In this document: positions 8,688-17,574 of the stretch, one piece after another
How the letters are laid out: every line of letters begins with the position of its first letter
Numbering within the stretch: position 1 is the stretch's first letter
From: Treponemataceae bacterium
GTDB taxonomy: Bacteria; Spirochaetota; Spirochaetia; Treponematales; Rectinemataceae
Direction: 5' to 3'
NCBI GenBank assembly: GCA_963667725.2
Contig: CAXXHO010000003.1
Coordinates: forward strand, 512,001-576,000
DNA: 64,000 nt
The notes under the pieces: generated by a model
Databases searched by the model: none
Seen by the model: the letters and a program-made list of their open reading frames with translations, nothing else
Told to the model about the DNA's origin: nothing
Position numbers and translations under genes: made by a program

Positions 8688-8786
8688 CGCCTTTTGTCAT
8701 GGTTTTTGCTAGAAGATGACACAAAAAACAAACCAATCCTTTGCTTCGCTCAGGAACAGGCGTTAAGGGTTAAGGCAATGTTATGC
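8662..8786 (+). repeat. attC site 2 (intact)
   Basis: ATCTAAC-AAATG-CTTCAACC...GGTTAAG-GCAAT-GTTATGC, 125 bp, near-identical to attC1. Confidence 0.9.
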
Positions 8787-8860
8787 GGATGCTTCGCGCA
8801 AGTAAATATTGTAGTATAGCAAATATTCTTAAAAACCTGTCTTAATAAAAGGCAAAAGAA

Positions 8861-10261
8861 ATGCCAAAACATCTATCATTAAAAATTTCAAATATGATAA
8901 TAAAGCTTTATCAAATATGGCCTTTTAATAGAGTTCCCGCAGCAAAAATTGTAAATAAATATTTGCATTCTGGAAGATTGTTAAATTTTAAATATAAAAC
9001 ATTAGATGAAATTCTAAATCTTGAGGCAATATGCCAATATTTTATTATTCCAATAGAAAAAAGGTTTAAGCTAATTAAGATTATTGATAAATTATATAAA
9101 AAATATGGAATAAAGCAGTTTGGAAATGATACAGATAGGTTGAAAGAGCAATTTGATAATTTATCATTGTCATCCGGTGGTTGGTCCAATTTATGTTATT
9201 TAAAGATAGATATTAATGGAAAAAATGGAGTTAATAGTGCTTTTATTAGCGTGGCACGGGTAGAAGAATCATTGCTTCTTGTAACAATTAAATCAATTCC
9301 CTCGGAAAAATTTAAATATAAGTATTATCAAGCAATAAAAATGCAAAACAAAGAATTTCCTATCCTTTATTATAGTTCGATAAAAGGCTATATAAAAAGC
9401 CCTGGATTTACAGATTATCTATATAATGTTCAGATATCATATGAATGCGATAAGCTAATTGATTGTTATAAAAAAATGTTAAATAAAGTATTCAAGATGT
9501 TAACAAAAGAATCATTAATTATTGCTCCGTTATCTATATTTATTTGTTATATAGATGGTCCACTTGCAGAAGACTATTATAAACGGGAACACCTTAAGTC
9601 ATGGAATAGGCTTGGGTTAATCGATGGAGAATCTTCAATAATTGGAGACGATGATAAAAAGTTTTATTTGATAAATAAGAAAAGTATTAAAAGTGACACT
9701 TTCTATTGCTTTGTTGATAAAACTAAAATGTTGTTAGAAGAGTTTTATTCTGAATACTGTGAAAAAATATTTTCATTACATGATGATATGCAAATTATTT
9801 TCGTATGGAATATTATAAAAGATAGTATTACTAATCGAATATATTCTCAACTTAACGATATCAGAGCAGATCTATATGAAAATGAGAATGGTTGGGAGAT
9901 ATTGAAGAATAAATACTTAAGTCCTTACGGAAATGTTATAAAAAATAAATATATTTTCGAAAGAATATTTGAAAATAATGGTAAAATCAGTGAAAGAGAA
10001 GCAAAATGGTTTGGAATAAGTACAATAAATATTGTTGATATATTTTCAAATAAAATTAAATTTACGGAATATATAAATAAGCAAATATCATATAAAACAA
10101 ATAGAATTAGTAAAATTATAAAAGATATTACTTTTGCGCTTGAAGGATATAAAAGCATAAGAAACGATCGTAGCAATTTAAAAATCCAAATTTGGTTATT
10201 TGCATTAACAATAATAACTGTATTAATTGGATTAATTCAAATAGTAATTGCGGTCGAATAA
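8861..10261 (+). CDS. Cassette 3: hypothetical protein with a single C-terminal TM helix
   Basis: 466 aa, very AT-rich; ends IQIWLFALTIITVLIGLIQIVIAVE; stop overlaps R''. Confidence 0.75.
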   Translation: MPKHLSLKISNMIIKLYQIWPFNRVPAAKIVNKYLHSGRLLNFKYKTLDEILNLEAICQYFIIPIEKRFKLIKIIDKLYKKYGIKQFGNDTDRLKEQFDNLSLSSGGWSNLCYLKIDINGKNGVNSAFISVARVEESLLLVTIKSIPSEKFKYKYYQAIKMQNKEFPILYYSSIKGYIKSPGFTDYLYNVQISYECDKLIDCYKKMLNKVFKMLTKESLIIAPLSIFICYIDGPLAEDYYKREHLKSWNRLGLIDGESSIIGDDDKKFYLINKKSIKSDTFYCFVDKTKMLLEEFYSEYCEKIFSLHDDMQIIFVWNIIKDSITNRIYSQLNDIRADLYENENGWEILKNKYLSPYGNVIKNKYIFERIFENNGKISEREAKWFGISTINIVDIFSNKIKFTEYINKQISYKTNRISKIIKDITFALEGYKSIRNDRSNLKIQIWLFALTIITVLIGLIQIVIAVE

Positions 10262-10341
10262 CAAATGCTTCAACCTTATAAATGCTTTGGCATGGCGTGT
10301 GTAAAACACCAATGCACAAACCACGCTAAGCCTTCGCTCAG

Positions 10342-12264
10342 CTGACGTTGTACAGCGTGTGGTATAATACAGTAAGCAATAAAGCAGCTTAATATATTAT
10401 ACTGACAACAAATAACTAAAAACGGACTGTACAAAAAGCATGATGCAAATGCGGTATAAGATATTTATAAATATTCGAAATAAAACTTTACAGATAAAAC
10501 ACTATGTTGTATAATTAGCGGTATAATGAACGTACGGAAATGTACCCTAAAGAATGCTCAAGGCGGTACCTATACGTACCTTCAACTTGTGCACAACTAC
10601 CGCGTCAAGGAAACAGGAAAGACCAAAACCAATGTCCTTATGAAGCTCGGACGGGAAGATCAGATCGAGCCTTCCTACATCCAGGCGATCATCAAGGCAC
10701 TGTCTGCGGTCTTAGGCGAATATCCTTCTGAAGTCCCCGCCGGATTTGACTTCCATTCAAGTCGGGAGCTTGGGGGCACCTGGCTTCTAGATGCCCTATG
10801 GAATCGTCTTGGCATGGCAAAGGCTATCAAAGGGCTTCTTAAGGAACGACAGTTCGCCACACCCGTCGAACGGCTCTGCTTTGCCATGGTTTCAGGAAGA
10901 ATACTCGCTCCGGGTTCGAAGCTTTCTCTTGAACACTGGGTTTCAAAGAAAGCATATATCAGGGATCTTGTGAACGTCGATGTTCACAATCTTTACCGGG
11001 CGATGGATCTTCTTGTGGAGTCGAGCGAAGAACTCCAGAAGCACATATTTACCGAAGTATCAAAGAATGCCCACCTTGATGTGGATCTTATCTTTCTTGA
11101 TACGACGAACACCTATTTCGAGACCGACGAAGATGCTTCCGGTTCAGGGCTTTTAAAACGTGGCCACAGTAAAGATGGACACCCCGAGCTACCGTTGGTT
11201 TCGATTGCCTTTGCGGTGACGCGTAGCGGCATTCCTATTCGCTGCTGGGTATTCCCGGGCAACACGAGCGACCAGACGATCGTCGAGCAGGTGAAAGGTG
11301 ATCTAGGACAGTGGAATCTTGGTCATGTCGTCATGGTCCAAGATGCAGGATTCAATAGTGCCGACAACAGAAGAATCCTTTTACGGGAATGCGGTGACTA
11401 TATCATCGGCGAAAAGCTCCGCGTTGGTACCGATGGCGCCGCGGTAGAAGCCCTACACCGGAAAGGGCGATTCAGGATCCTGGAAAGTGGCCTCGCGATT
11501 AAAGATGTCGTCCTCGATGCAGGGAAAGCCACGGAGCGCCGATTCATCATCGTCAAGAATCCGGAAGCCGAAACGCGCGACCATGTCATACGCGAACAAA
11601 TCGTCGATGCTACGAAGCGCAAGCTTGATGAACTGTCGCAGTATACGGGGAAAGCACACACGAAAGCGGCGTGTGCGCTACGCTCTCATTCCGCCTATGG
11701 CAGATACATTAGGCAGGATACGAAGGGTGTCTTGCACCTCGACACCGCCAAGATAGCCTCAGAGGAACTCCTTGATGGCAAGTTTCTAGTGTCGACGTCC
11801 AGCATGAAGCTGGATGCTGCCGATATTGTTGCCGGCTATAAGCAGCTCTGGGCCATAGAGCGGGTATTCAAGGATATGAAAAACACCTTGGATATTCGTC
11901 CCATATACCACCGACTTGATGATCGTATTCGAAGCCATATTCTTATTTGCTGGCTTGCCATGGTGCTGGTACGGTATGCAGAGAATATGGCGGACCGGTC
12001 GTGGTACCAGATTGAAAAAGTTCTGTCCGATGTTACTGCAGGGCTTATTGAGAGCGACAATGTAAGCCTCTGGTATTGCTCTGATATTTCCGACGAGGCG
12101 AAGGACATTTTCAAGCGCTTAACTATTGAATTACCAAAGAAAGTTCTTGCTACAGTAGCAAGAGATCCTGTTGCGGTATAAAAGATTTTCGACTGCAATC
12201 GTATAACTCTATTATTTATAGAGTATTAGCAAGATTTTCTATACCGCGCACTGTACAACGCCAG
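10342..12264 (+). mobile_element. IS1634-family insertion sequence
   Basis: TIRs CTGACGTTGTACAGCGTGTGGTAT / ATACCGCGCACTGTACAACGCCAG (20 of 24 match); flanks CTCAG / CTCAA resemble a target duplication. Confidence 0.88.
10526..12181 (+). CDS. IS1634-family DDE transposase
   Basis: YLQLVHNYR N-terminus, FLDTTNTYFE, RGHSKD, FPGNTSD, DAG, YKQLWAIERVFKDMK, RPIYHR. Confidence 0.92.
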   Translation: MNVRKCTLKNAQGGTYTYLQLVHNYRVKETGKTKTNVLMKLGREDQIEPSYIQAIIKALSAVLGEYPSEVPAGFDFHSSRELGGTWLLDALWNRLGMAKAIKGLLKERQFATPVERLCFAMVSGRILAPGSKLSLEHWVSKKAYIRDLVNVDVHNLYRAMDLLVESSEELQKHIFTEVSKNAHLDVDLIFLDTTNTYFETDEDASGSGLLKRGHSKDGHPELPLVSIAFAVTRSGIPIRCWVFPGNTSDQTIVEQVKGDLGQWNLGHVVMVQDAGFNSADNRRILLRECGDYIIGEKLRVGTDGAAVEALHRKGRFRILESGLAIKDVVLDAGKATERRFIIVKNPEAETRDHVIREQIVDATKRKLDELSQYTGKAHTKAACALRSHSAYGRYIRQDTKGVLHLDTAKIASEELLDGKFLVSTSSMKLDAADIVAGYKQLWAIERVFKDMKNTLDIRPIYHRLDDRIRSHILICWLAMVLVRYAENMADRSWYQIEKVLSDVTAGLIESDNVSLWYCSDISDEAKDIFKRLTIELPKKVLATVARDPVAV

Positions 12265-12355
12265 CTCAAGCCCGGATTTAAAAGCTAAACCAATGTTAGG
12301 TAGACCCTTCGAGTAGGACTATTAATTTAATTTTTTACACTAAAAGGATAGATTA

Positions 12356-13555
12356 ATGTCAGGACGATCAGCAACTGAAACAATTCGTGGTTTTTATTAC
12401 CAATTTGATTATTCAATTCTGAAAATACTCCGTTCTGACAATGATACAGTCAGCTTTGATATCGAAAAGATTGAAGACCTTGATATCAACACAGTTGATG
12501 AAACAACGGCGGTGCAATGCAAGTACTATTCTGGGACTGGATATAATCATTCAGTGATTGCTGAACCAATTCGAAAAATGATTAAGCATTATTCTCAGCA
12601 TCTAGACCAATCGATAAGATATAAACTTTATGGTCATTTTGCTTCAGGTCAGGATAAGCTCACATTGCCAATTGATATCAATTTTCTTAAAAGTTATTTT
12701 TTGACTTACAATCACAAAAATGTTAAGCATGAGTTTCAGATTGACGAATCTATCGATGATGAAATATTAGCAAGCTTTTTAGATGTATTGGATATTGATA
12801 TAAACGCTGCTACATATGAATCACAATTTTCAGAAATACAAAAGTTATTATGCAATTTGCTTTCTTGTACAGAATTTGAAGCCGATTCTTTATACTACAA
12901 TAGCGCGCTTCGTATAATTAAGGAATTATCTGTTCAAAGGGATGATTCAAAGAGAAGAATAACTAAAGCAAAAATGGTAGAGAGCATTTCCTGTAAGGAT
13001 ACCCTATTTGGGATCTGGTACATGAACTTGAAGGGGAATGAAAAATATTGTAGAATAATTAGGAAGAAATATTTTACTCAGCTTAATACATCTCCGTTTG
13101 AGAGATTTTTTATTATTGAAACTTCTCCGAGCACATCGATTCAGAATTTGAAAAGCATTACATATATGCTAGCTAATAAATGGTCAAAAATATCACGAAG
13201 AACAGTAGACACTTATTGCGCCTTTGTTTTATTTCCCCAATTAGGTGCATCAAATCTTAAGGAACTAAAAGTACAGCTCTATAAAGAAGGACTTCCAATC
13301 ATTGATGGATATCCTTTCCATGGATCTAATTTATGTACAGATTTTCTTTCGATCGAACCTAGATATGATAATAGAATTAAACTAAAATTCATAAATTCAT
13401 TAGGTGACTTTGCAGAATATCTTGATTATTCTACTCATCGTAAGGAAGTGTATCAATTTTTTACCTCGCAATCAGTTGATTTAGGTACGACAAACTTCGA
13501 TTTGCATATTTCAATTTGCTTGAAGAACGTCATGGACATATTGGAGGTATTATAA
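12356..13555 (+). CDS. Cassette 4a: DUF4297-family anti-phage nuclease-like protein
   Basis: RSATETIRGFYYQFDYSIL...IEDLDI...VQCKYY (Cap4-like PD-(D/E)XK with QxK); coupled to HerA. Confidence 0.8.
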   Translation: MSGRSATETIRGFYYQFDYSILKILRSDNDTVSFDIEKIEDLDINTVDETTAVQCKYYSGTGYNHSVIAEPIRKMIKHYSQHLDQSIRYKLYGHFASGQDKLTLPIDINFLKSYFLTYNHKNVKHEFQIDESIDDEILASFLDVLDIDINAATYESQFSEIQKLLCNLLSCTEFEADSLYYNSALRIIKELSVQRDDSKRRITKAKMVESISCKDTLFGIWYMNLKGNEKYCRIIRKKYFTQLNTSPFERFFIIETSPSTSIQNLKSITYMLANKWSKISRRTVDTYCAFVLFPQLGASNLKELKVQLYKEGLPIIDGYPFHGSNLCTDFLSIEPRYDNRIKLKFINSLGDFAEYLDYSTHRKEVYQFFTSQSVDLGTTNFDLHISICLKNVMDILEVL

Positions 13556-15330
13556 TGCCCGAAATAAATGCTGAAGTAGTTGGTGTTTTCCCAAGCAAAG
13601 TACGTATTTCTGTTGATAATATTAGTGATTTTAAGGTTGTTGAAGAAGAGCTTAAAATCGGATCGTACTTAAGGATCATTGGAGACAATGAAAATGTCAT
13701 TCTAATCGCAATGATCAATAGCTTCTCTATAGAGGCTACAATTGAAGGTGGCCGTAAGCATTTTATAGAAGCTTCTCCTTTAGGGATAATTACAGATGGC
13801 ATTTTTATTCGAGGAGGAGATTCTATCGCCATTCCTCCAAAGAAAGTTGAACCCGCAAAGAAAACAGAAATACAAGAGATATTTGGAAATTCCGTACCTG
13901 ACGCTAAAAAGTACATTTTTTCCACGCTAAATGCAAATCGATCAATTTCTGTTCCAGTTGATGGTGATAAATTCTTCAATAAACATATTGCCATCGTCGG
14001 ATCAACTGGTTCCGGGAAATCGCATACTGTAGCAAAACTCATTCAGAAAGCTCGCGATGCAAAAAATTCTGGATATTCTGGATTGAATAATTCTCATATT
14101 GTGATCTTTGATATTCATTCAGAATACAAATCAGCATTCCCTGAGGCTAATGTATTATCAATAGATAACTTGATTATTCCTTATTGGCTATTGAACAGTG
14201 ACGAGCTTGAGCAAATATTGCTTGATACTGGCGAGAGAGATAACTATAACCAAGCTTCAGTATTTCGAAGCTTGGTGACCGAAAATAAAAGACTAAAAAA
14301 TCCAACAGTAGATAAGGTTTTCTATGATAGTCCCCTTTTCTTCGATATTCAAGAAGTTCTCAATGCACTAACAAACATAAAAAATGAAACTGTAAATGCA
14401 AAAAATACAGACAGATATATGATTGTTGATCCTTCATATAAACTTGAAGCTGAAGGCAAAACAAATGTAGATTCAGGTATATTGTTAACTAACGATGAGA
14501 AAATGAGCAAATACTTTGAGAAGGTACTTTCATTCCACCCTAGAAAATCGCAGAGCATAACTTCAGGTGACTATTCTGATGGAACCTTGGATAAATTTGT
14601 TTCTAGGTTCCAAGCAAAAGTTTCCCAGGATAGACTCGAGTTTCTTTTTGGAGAGCATGCTAAATCAATATCCTTTTTAGATACTGTTAAGCAATTCATT
14701 GGATATGAAGAGAAAAAAGAAAAAAACGCTATAATTATAGACCTTAGTGGCGTGCCTTTTGAAGTCTTAAGTATTACCGTATCCTTAATTTCTCGTGTGA
14801 TATTTGAATATGGTTACCACTACAAGCGTTTTAGAACCAGAAAAGATCCATCTGAAAAAATCAATAATGACACACCAATTCTAGTAGTCTATGAGGAAGC
14901 TCATAAATATGCGCCAAGAAGTGATCTTGCGAAATACCGACCATCTTTGCTTGCTATTGAGCGGATAGCAAAAGAAGGTAGAAAATATGGCATTTCTCTA
15001 TTATTGGCTAGTCAACGGCCCTCAGAAATATCAGAAACAATCTTCTCGCAATGCAATAACTTTATAGCGATGCGTCTTACAAATCCTGATGACCAAAGTT
15101 TTGTAAAGAAACTCCTACCTGATACAATGGAAAGCCTGATTGATCAATTACCTGTATTAAGAGCTGGCGAGGCATTGCTAATAGGAGAAGCGGTTGTTAT
15201 ACCATCAATTGTAAAGATAGAAACATGTGATATCCCTCCTTCCTCAAATGACATCCCATATTGGCAATTATGGAAAGGTAGTTGGAAAGAATCTATACTC
15301 GAAACCATCGAGAAGGAATGGATGAAATAA
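13555..15330 (+). CDS. Cassette 4b: HerA/FtsK-like ATPase (DUF87)
   Basis: HIAIVGSTGSGKS Walker A, DIHSEY, EEAH Walker B, IAKEGRKYG, SQRPSE; TAATG overlap with the upstream stop. Confidence 0.92.
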   Translation: MPEINAEVVGVFPSKVRISVDNISDFKVVEEELKIGSYLRIIGDNENVILIAMINSFSIEATIEGGRKHFIEASPLGIITDGIFIRGGDSIAIPPKKVEPAKKTEIQEIFGNSVPDAKKYIFSTLNANRSISVPVDGDKFFNKHIAIVGSTGSGKSHTVAKLIQKARDAKNSGYSGLNNSHIVIFDIHSEYKSAFPEANVLSIDNLIIPYWLLNSDELEQILLDTGERDNYNQASVFRSLVTENKRLKNPTVDKVFYDSPLFFDIQEVLNALTNIKNETVNAKNTDRYMIVDPSYKLEAEGKTNVDSGILLTNDEKMSKYFEKVLSFHPRKSQSITSGDYSDGTLDKFVSRFQAKVSQDRLEFLFGEHAKSISFLDTVKQFIGYEEKKEKNAIIIDLSGVPFEVLSITVSLISRVIFEYGYHYKRFRTRKDPSEKINNDTPILVVYEEAHKYAPRSDLAKYRPSLLAIERIAKEGRKYGISLLLASQRPSEISETIFSQCNNFIAMRLTNPDDQSFVKKLLPDTMESLIDQLPVLRAGEALLIGEAVVIPSIVKIETCDIPPSSNDIPYWQLWKGSWKESILETIEKEWMK

Positions 15331-15335
15331 AAGAC

Positions 15336-15457
15336 GCCTAACAACTACTTCAACTGGATAATTCCTTTGGCACGGTTTGTGAAATCGCTTCGCTCTTTAT
15401 GCACAAACCGCGCCACGCCCTTCGAGCACGGACTTAAGGGTTAAGCGAATGTTGTGT
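15336..15457 (+). repeat. attC site 4 (apparently intact)
   Basis: GCCTAAC-AACTA-CTTCAACT...GGTTAAG-CGAAT-GTTGTGT; inner arm CGGTTTGTG/CACAAACCG. Confidence 0.85.
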
Positions 15458-15498
15458 AAACGCCTTCGGCGCTAAAGGAAATAAAAAAGGAGTAACGA

Positions 15499-15696
15499 AT
15501 GGATCAAATAATTAAATATTTTTCAGCAAATTATGAGTGGTTATTTTCCGGAATACTGTCAGGATTGATATTTTTTTTACTCGGTAACAAGCACGGATAT
15601 GATAAGGCAATAAAGCAGAAGCAAAAGGTTGGAAAAAACGGTAAAGGCATCCAGGTCAGTGGTAATTATACAGTAACAGGAAAAAGCAATGAATGA
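15499..15696 (+). CDS. Cassette 5a: 65 aa membrane peptide with C-terminal Q/N/G motif
   Basis: SD AAGGAG; hydrophobic WLFSGILSGLIFFLLG; tail QKQKVGKNGKGIQVSGNY. Confidence 0.75.
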   Translation: MDQIIKYFSANYEWLFSGILSGLIFFLLGNKHGYDKAIKQKQKVGKNGKGIQVSGNYTVTGKSNE

Positions 15697-16528
15697 AAAA
15701 CAAAATCAAAAAGTAGGTGATAATTCAACTGCCATTCAAGTTAATGGCGATTACCATGCTGGACTTCCTTATGATCAAGTAAAATCAATTTTTATGGATT
15801 TATTTGAGCTAAACTTCCCAAGAATACAGACATTGGCAAAAGCAGAAGCCGATAAACGAGTTCAAGAATTACTTAATAATTTAAGACAGTCAATGGAAGC
15901 TAAACAAAGCAACATTGATGTATTAAAATTTACTGATCCAGGAATTCAAATTGAGATGCAGCAAATGATTACAAGTGTTGCCTGCAGAGGAAACAAAAGT
16001 AATATTGATTTGCTTTCAGAATTATTTACAACTATAATCGAAAAAGATTGCCCAGAAATAATTGAGCAAATCGCTGGTGAAACTCTTAAAATAATACCAT
16101 TATTAGGGAAAAAGCAACTTGATGCTTTATCCGTTATGATTTTAACATTTGAAGCAAGTGTGGAAATTATAACAATCGAACAAGCAGAAAATGTTTTCAG
16201 AGATACTATGCCATTTATACGTCATGCAGAATATATAACATCCGGTGACCTTTCCTATTTGGTGTGTGTTAATTGTATATCTCGAAAGTCAATTACTCAT
16301 GTTAATGTTGTGCCAAATATCATTAGATGTATTCCAGGAATGGACAAAACTGGCATTGAAGAAGTAATTAATCAATCGAAACAAAAGCGGTTGTTAAATA
16401 TTCTATCATTCACAGAGTACATGGGAAAATGTCAAATAGGGCGATTTGATTTATCTCCAGTTGGAAAACTGATTGGATGGCTTAATATACAAAGCATTTC
16501 TAAAATCGATATTAAAACGTTATTTTGA
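15689..16528 (+). CDS. Cassette 5b: LPO_1073/Vpar_1526-like protein
   Basis: N-terminal QNQKVGDNSTAIQ...GLPYDQVKSIFMDLFELNFPRI...FTDPGIQ recalls this family. Confidence 0.7.
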   Translation: MNEKQNQKVGDNSTAIQVNGDYHAGLPYDQVKSIFMDLFELNFPRIQTLAKAEADKRVQELLNNLRQSMEAKQSNIDVLKFTDPGIQIEMQQMITSVACRGNKSNIDLLSELFTTIIEKDCPEIIEQIAGETLKIIPLLGKKQLDALSVMILTFEASVEIITIEQAENVFRDTMPFIRHAEYITSGDLSYLVCVNCISRKSITHVNVVPNIIRCIPGMDKTGIEEVINQSKQKRLLNILSFTEYMGKCQIGRFDLSPVGKLIGWLNIQSISKIDIKTLF

Positions 16529-16531
16529 ATC

Positions 16532-16636
16532 GCACAACAACTGTTTTAAGCTGAAAATTCCTATTGGCATGGTTTGTGCTGTCGCTTTGTTCGGAACAAA
16601 CCACGCCAAGCCCTTCGGGCCGGAATTGAAGGTTAA
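16532..16636 (+). repeat. attC site 5, truncated (R' missing)
   Basis: GCACAAC...GGCATGGTTTG/CAAACCACGCC...GGTTAA, then unrelated palindrome in place of R'. Confidence 0.75.
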
Positions 16637-16693
16637 TCTTGGGATGGTACCTCCCAAGAAAAAATTCGATTGTTTATGCAATGAGAGTTACTG

Positions 16694-17323
16694 ATGAACT
16701 GCTTAAAGGAAAAAATGCTGAATAGAACTAACTCGAAAATTGAGATTGGATTCGTGAATGAACACACTGTAGAGTATGTTCTTGTTCAAAAACTTGTAGA
16801 AATTATAGGGAATATACCTCATGCTTTTCTTTTTCCTTACCAAACAAGAGAGGGAAACACAGTTTCCAGAGAAATACATAGAAATGATAATTTTAGTATG
16901 ATTGGAATATTTTCTAGAAGACCGAAAATTAGACTTGACCATAAAGAAGATATATATATAAAAATCAACCAAGAAATTATCGATTATTCAAATAAAGCAT
17001 ATACCTTTGGTATCCCTTTTATTGCAGGATGCCCAATAGCATCAAATTTTTGGGATCTTGGTAATAACATCGCCTGGTTTGATTTACAAAAAATGAAAAG
17101 AGAGTGCCTTATAAAAGTAAGCAGTCAAAGCTTAAGAAGTAATTCAAGTGAAGAATTGCTTACAACAAACAAATTACGAGATGTATTATTAAATAATAAG
17201 ACCATATTTAATATTACAAATGCAATGGATGCAATTAAATATTCTGTCAGCAAAATGAATCAGTATCGGTATTCACTATTCGGTCCGATTTATAAACCTT
17301 TTTATCTATTAATAAGAAAATAG
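16694..17323 (+). CDS. Cassette 6: hypothetical protein
   Basis: 209 aa AT-rich ORF between attC5 and attC6; no family recognised. Confidence 0.7.
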   Translation: MNCLKEKMLNRTNSKIEIGFVNEHTVEYVLVQKLVEIIGNIPHAFLFPYQTREGNTVSREIHRNDNFSMIGIFSRRPKIRLDHKEDIYIKINQEIIDYSNKAYTFGIPFIAGCPIASNFWDLGNNIAWFDLQKMKRECLIKVSSQSLRSNSSEELLTTNKLRDVLLNNKTIFNITNAMDAIKYSVSKMNQYRYSLFGPIYKPFYLLIRK

Positions 17324-17353
17324 TGACTATCATAATTTTATGGTAAACTCGTT

Positions 17354-17473
17354 GCCTAGCAACCGCTTTATCCTAATTCGCAATGAAAAGGTTTTCGTAG
17401 GTTTTGATAAACTATAAGTTTTCCGTATGCGTAACAAAGCGTGACGGCTTAAAAGTCAAGCTAATTATCATGA
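17354..17473 (+). repeat. attC site 6, strongly degenerate
   Basis: GCCTAGC-AACCGCTTTATCCT...GTGACGG...GTCAAGC; colinear homology with attC7. Confidence 0.55.
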
Positions 17474-17574
17474 TATAATAAATAAGAAATTAAGACATAT
17501 GGTCTAGATAATAGAATATAATAACTCTGCATTATTTGTTTTTACAGTATTATCGTTGTGCTTACGGGGAAAAA

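Larger units (their letters stand above)
10256..12301 (+). repeat. attC site 3, split by IS (halves 10256-10341 and 12265-12301)
   Basis: GAATAAC-AAATG-CTTCAACC left of the IS; ...AAACCAAT-GTTAGGT right of the IS. Confidence 0.8.

Noticed and set aside
16473..16694. 73 aa ORF
   Set aside because: It reads through attC5 and overlaps the upstream gene; probably spurious.
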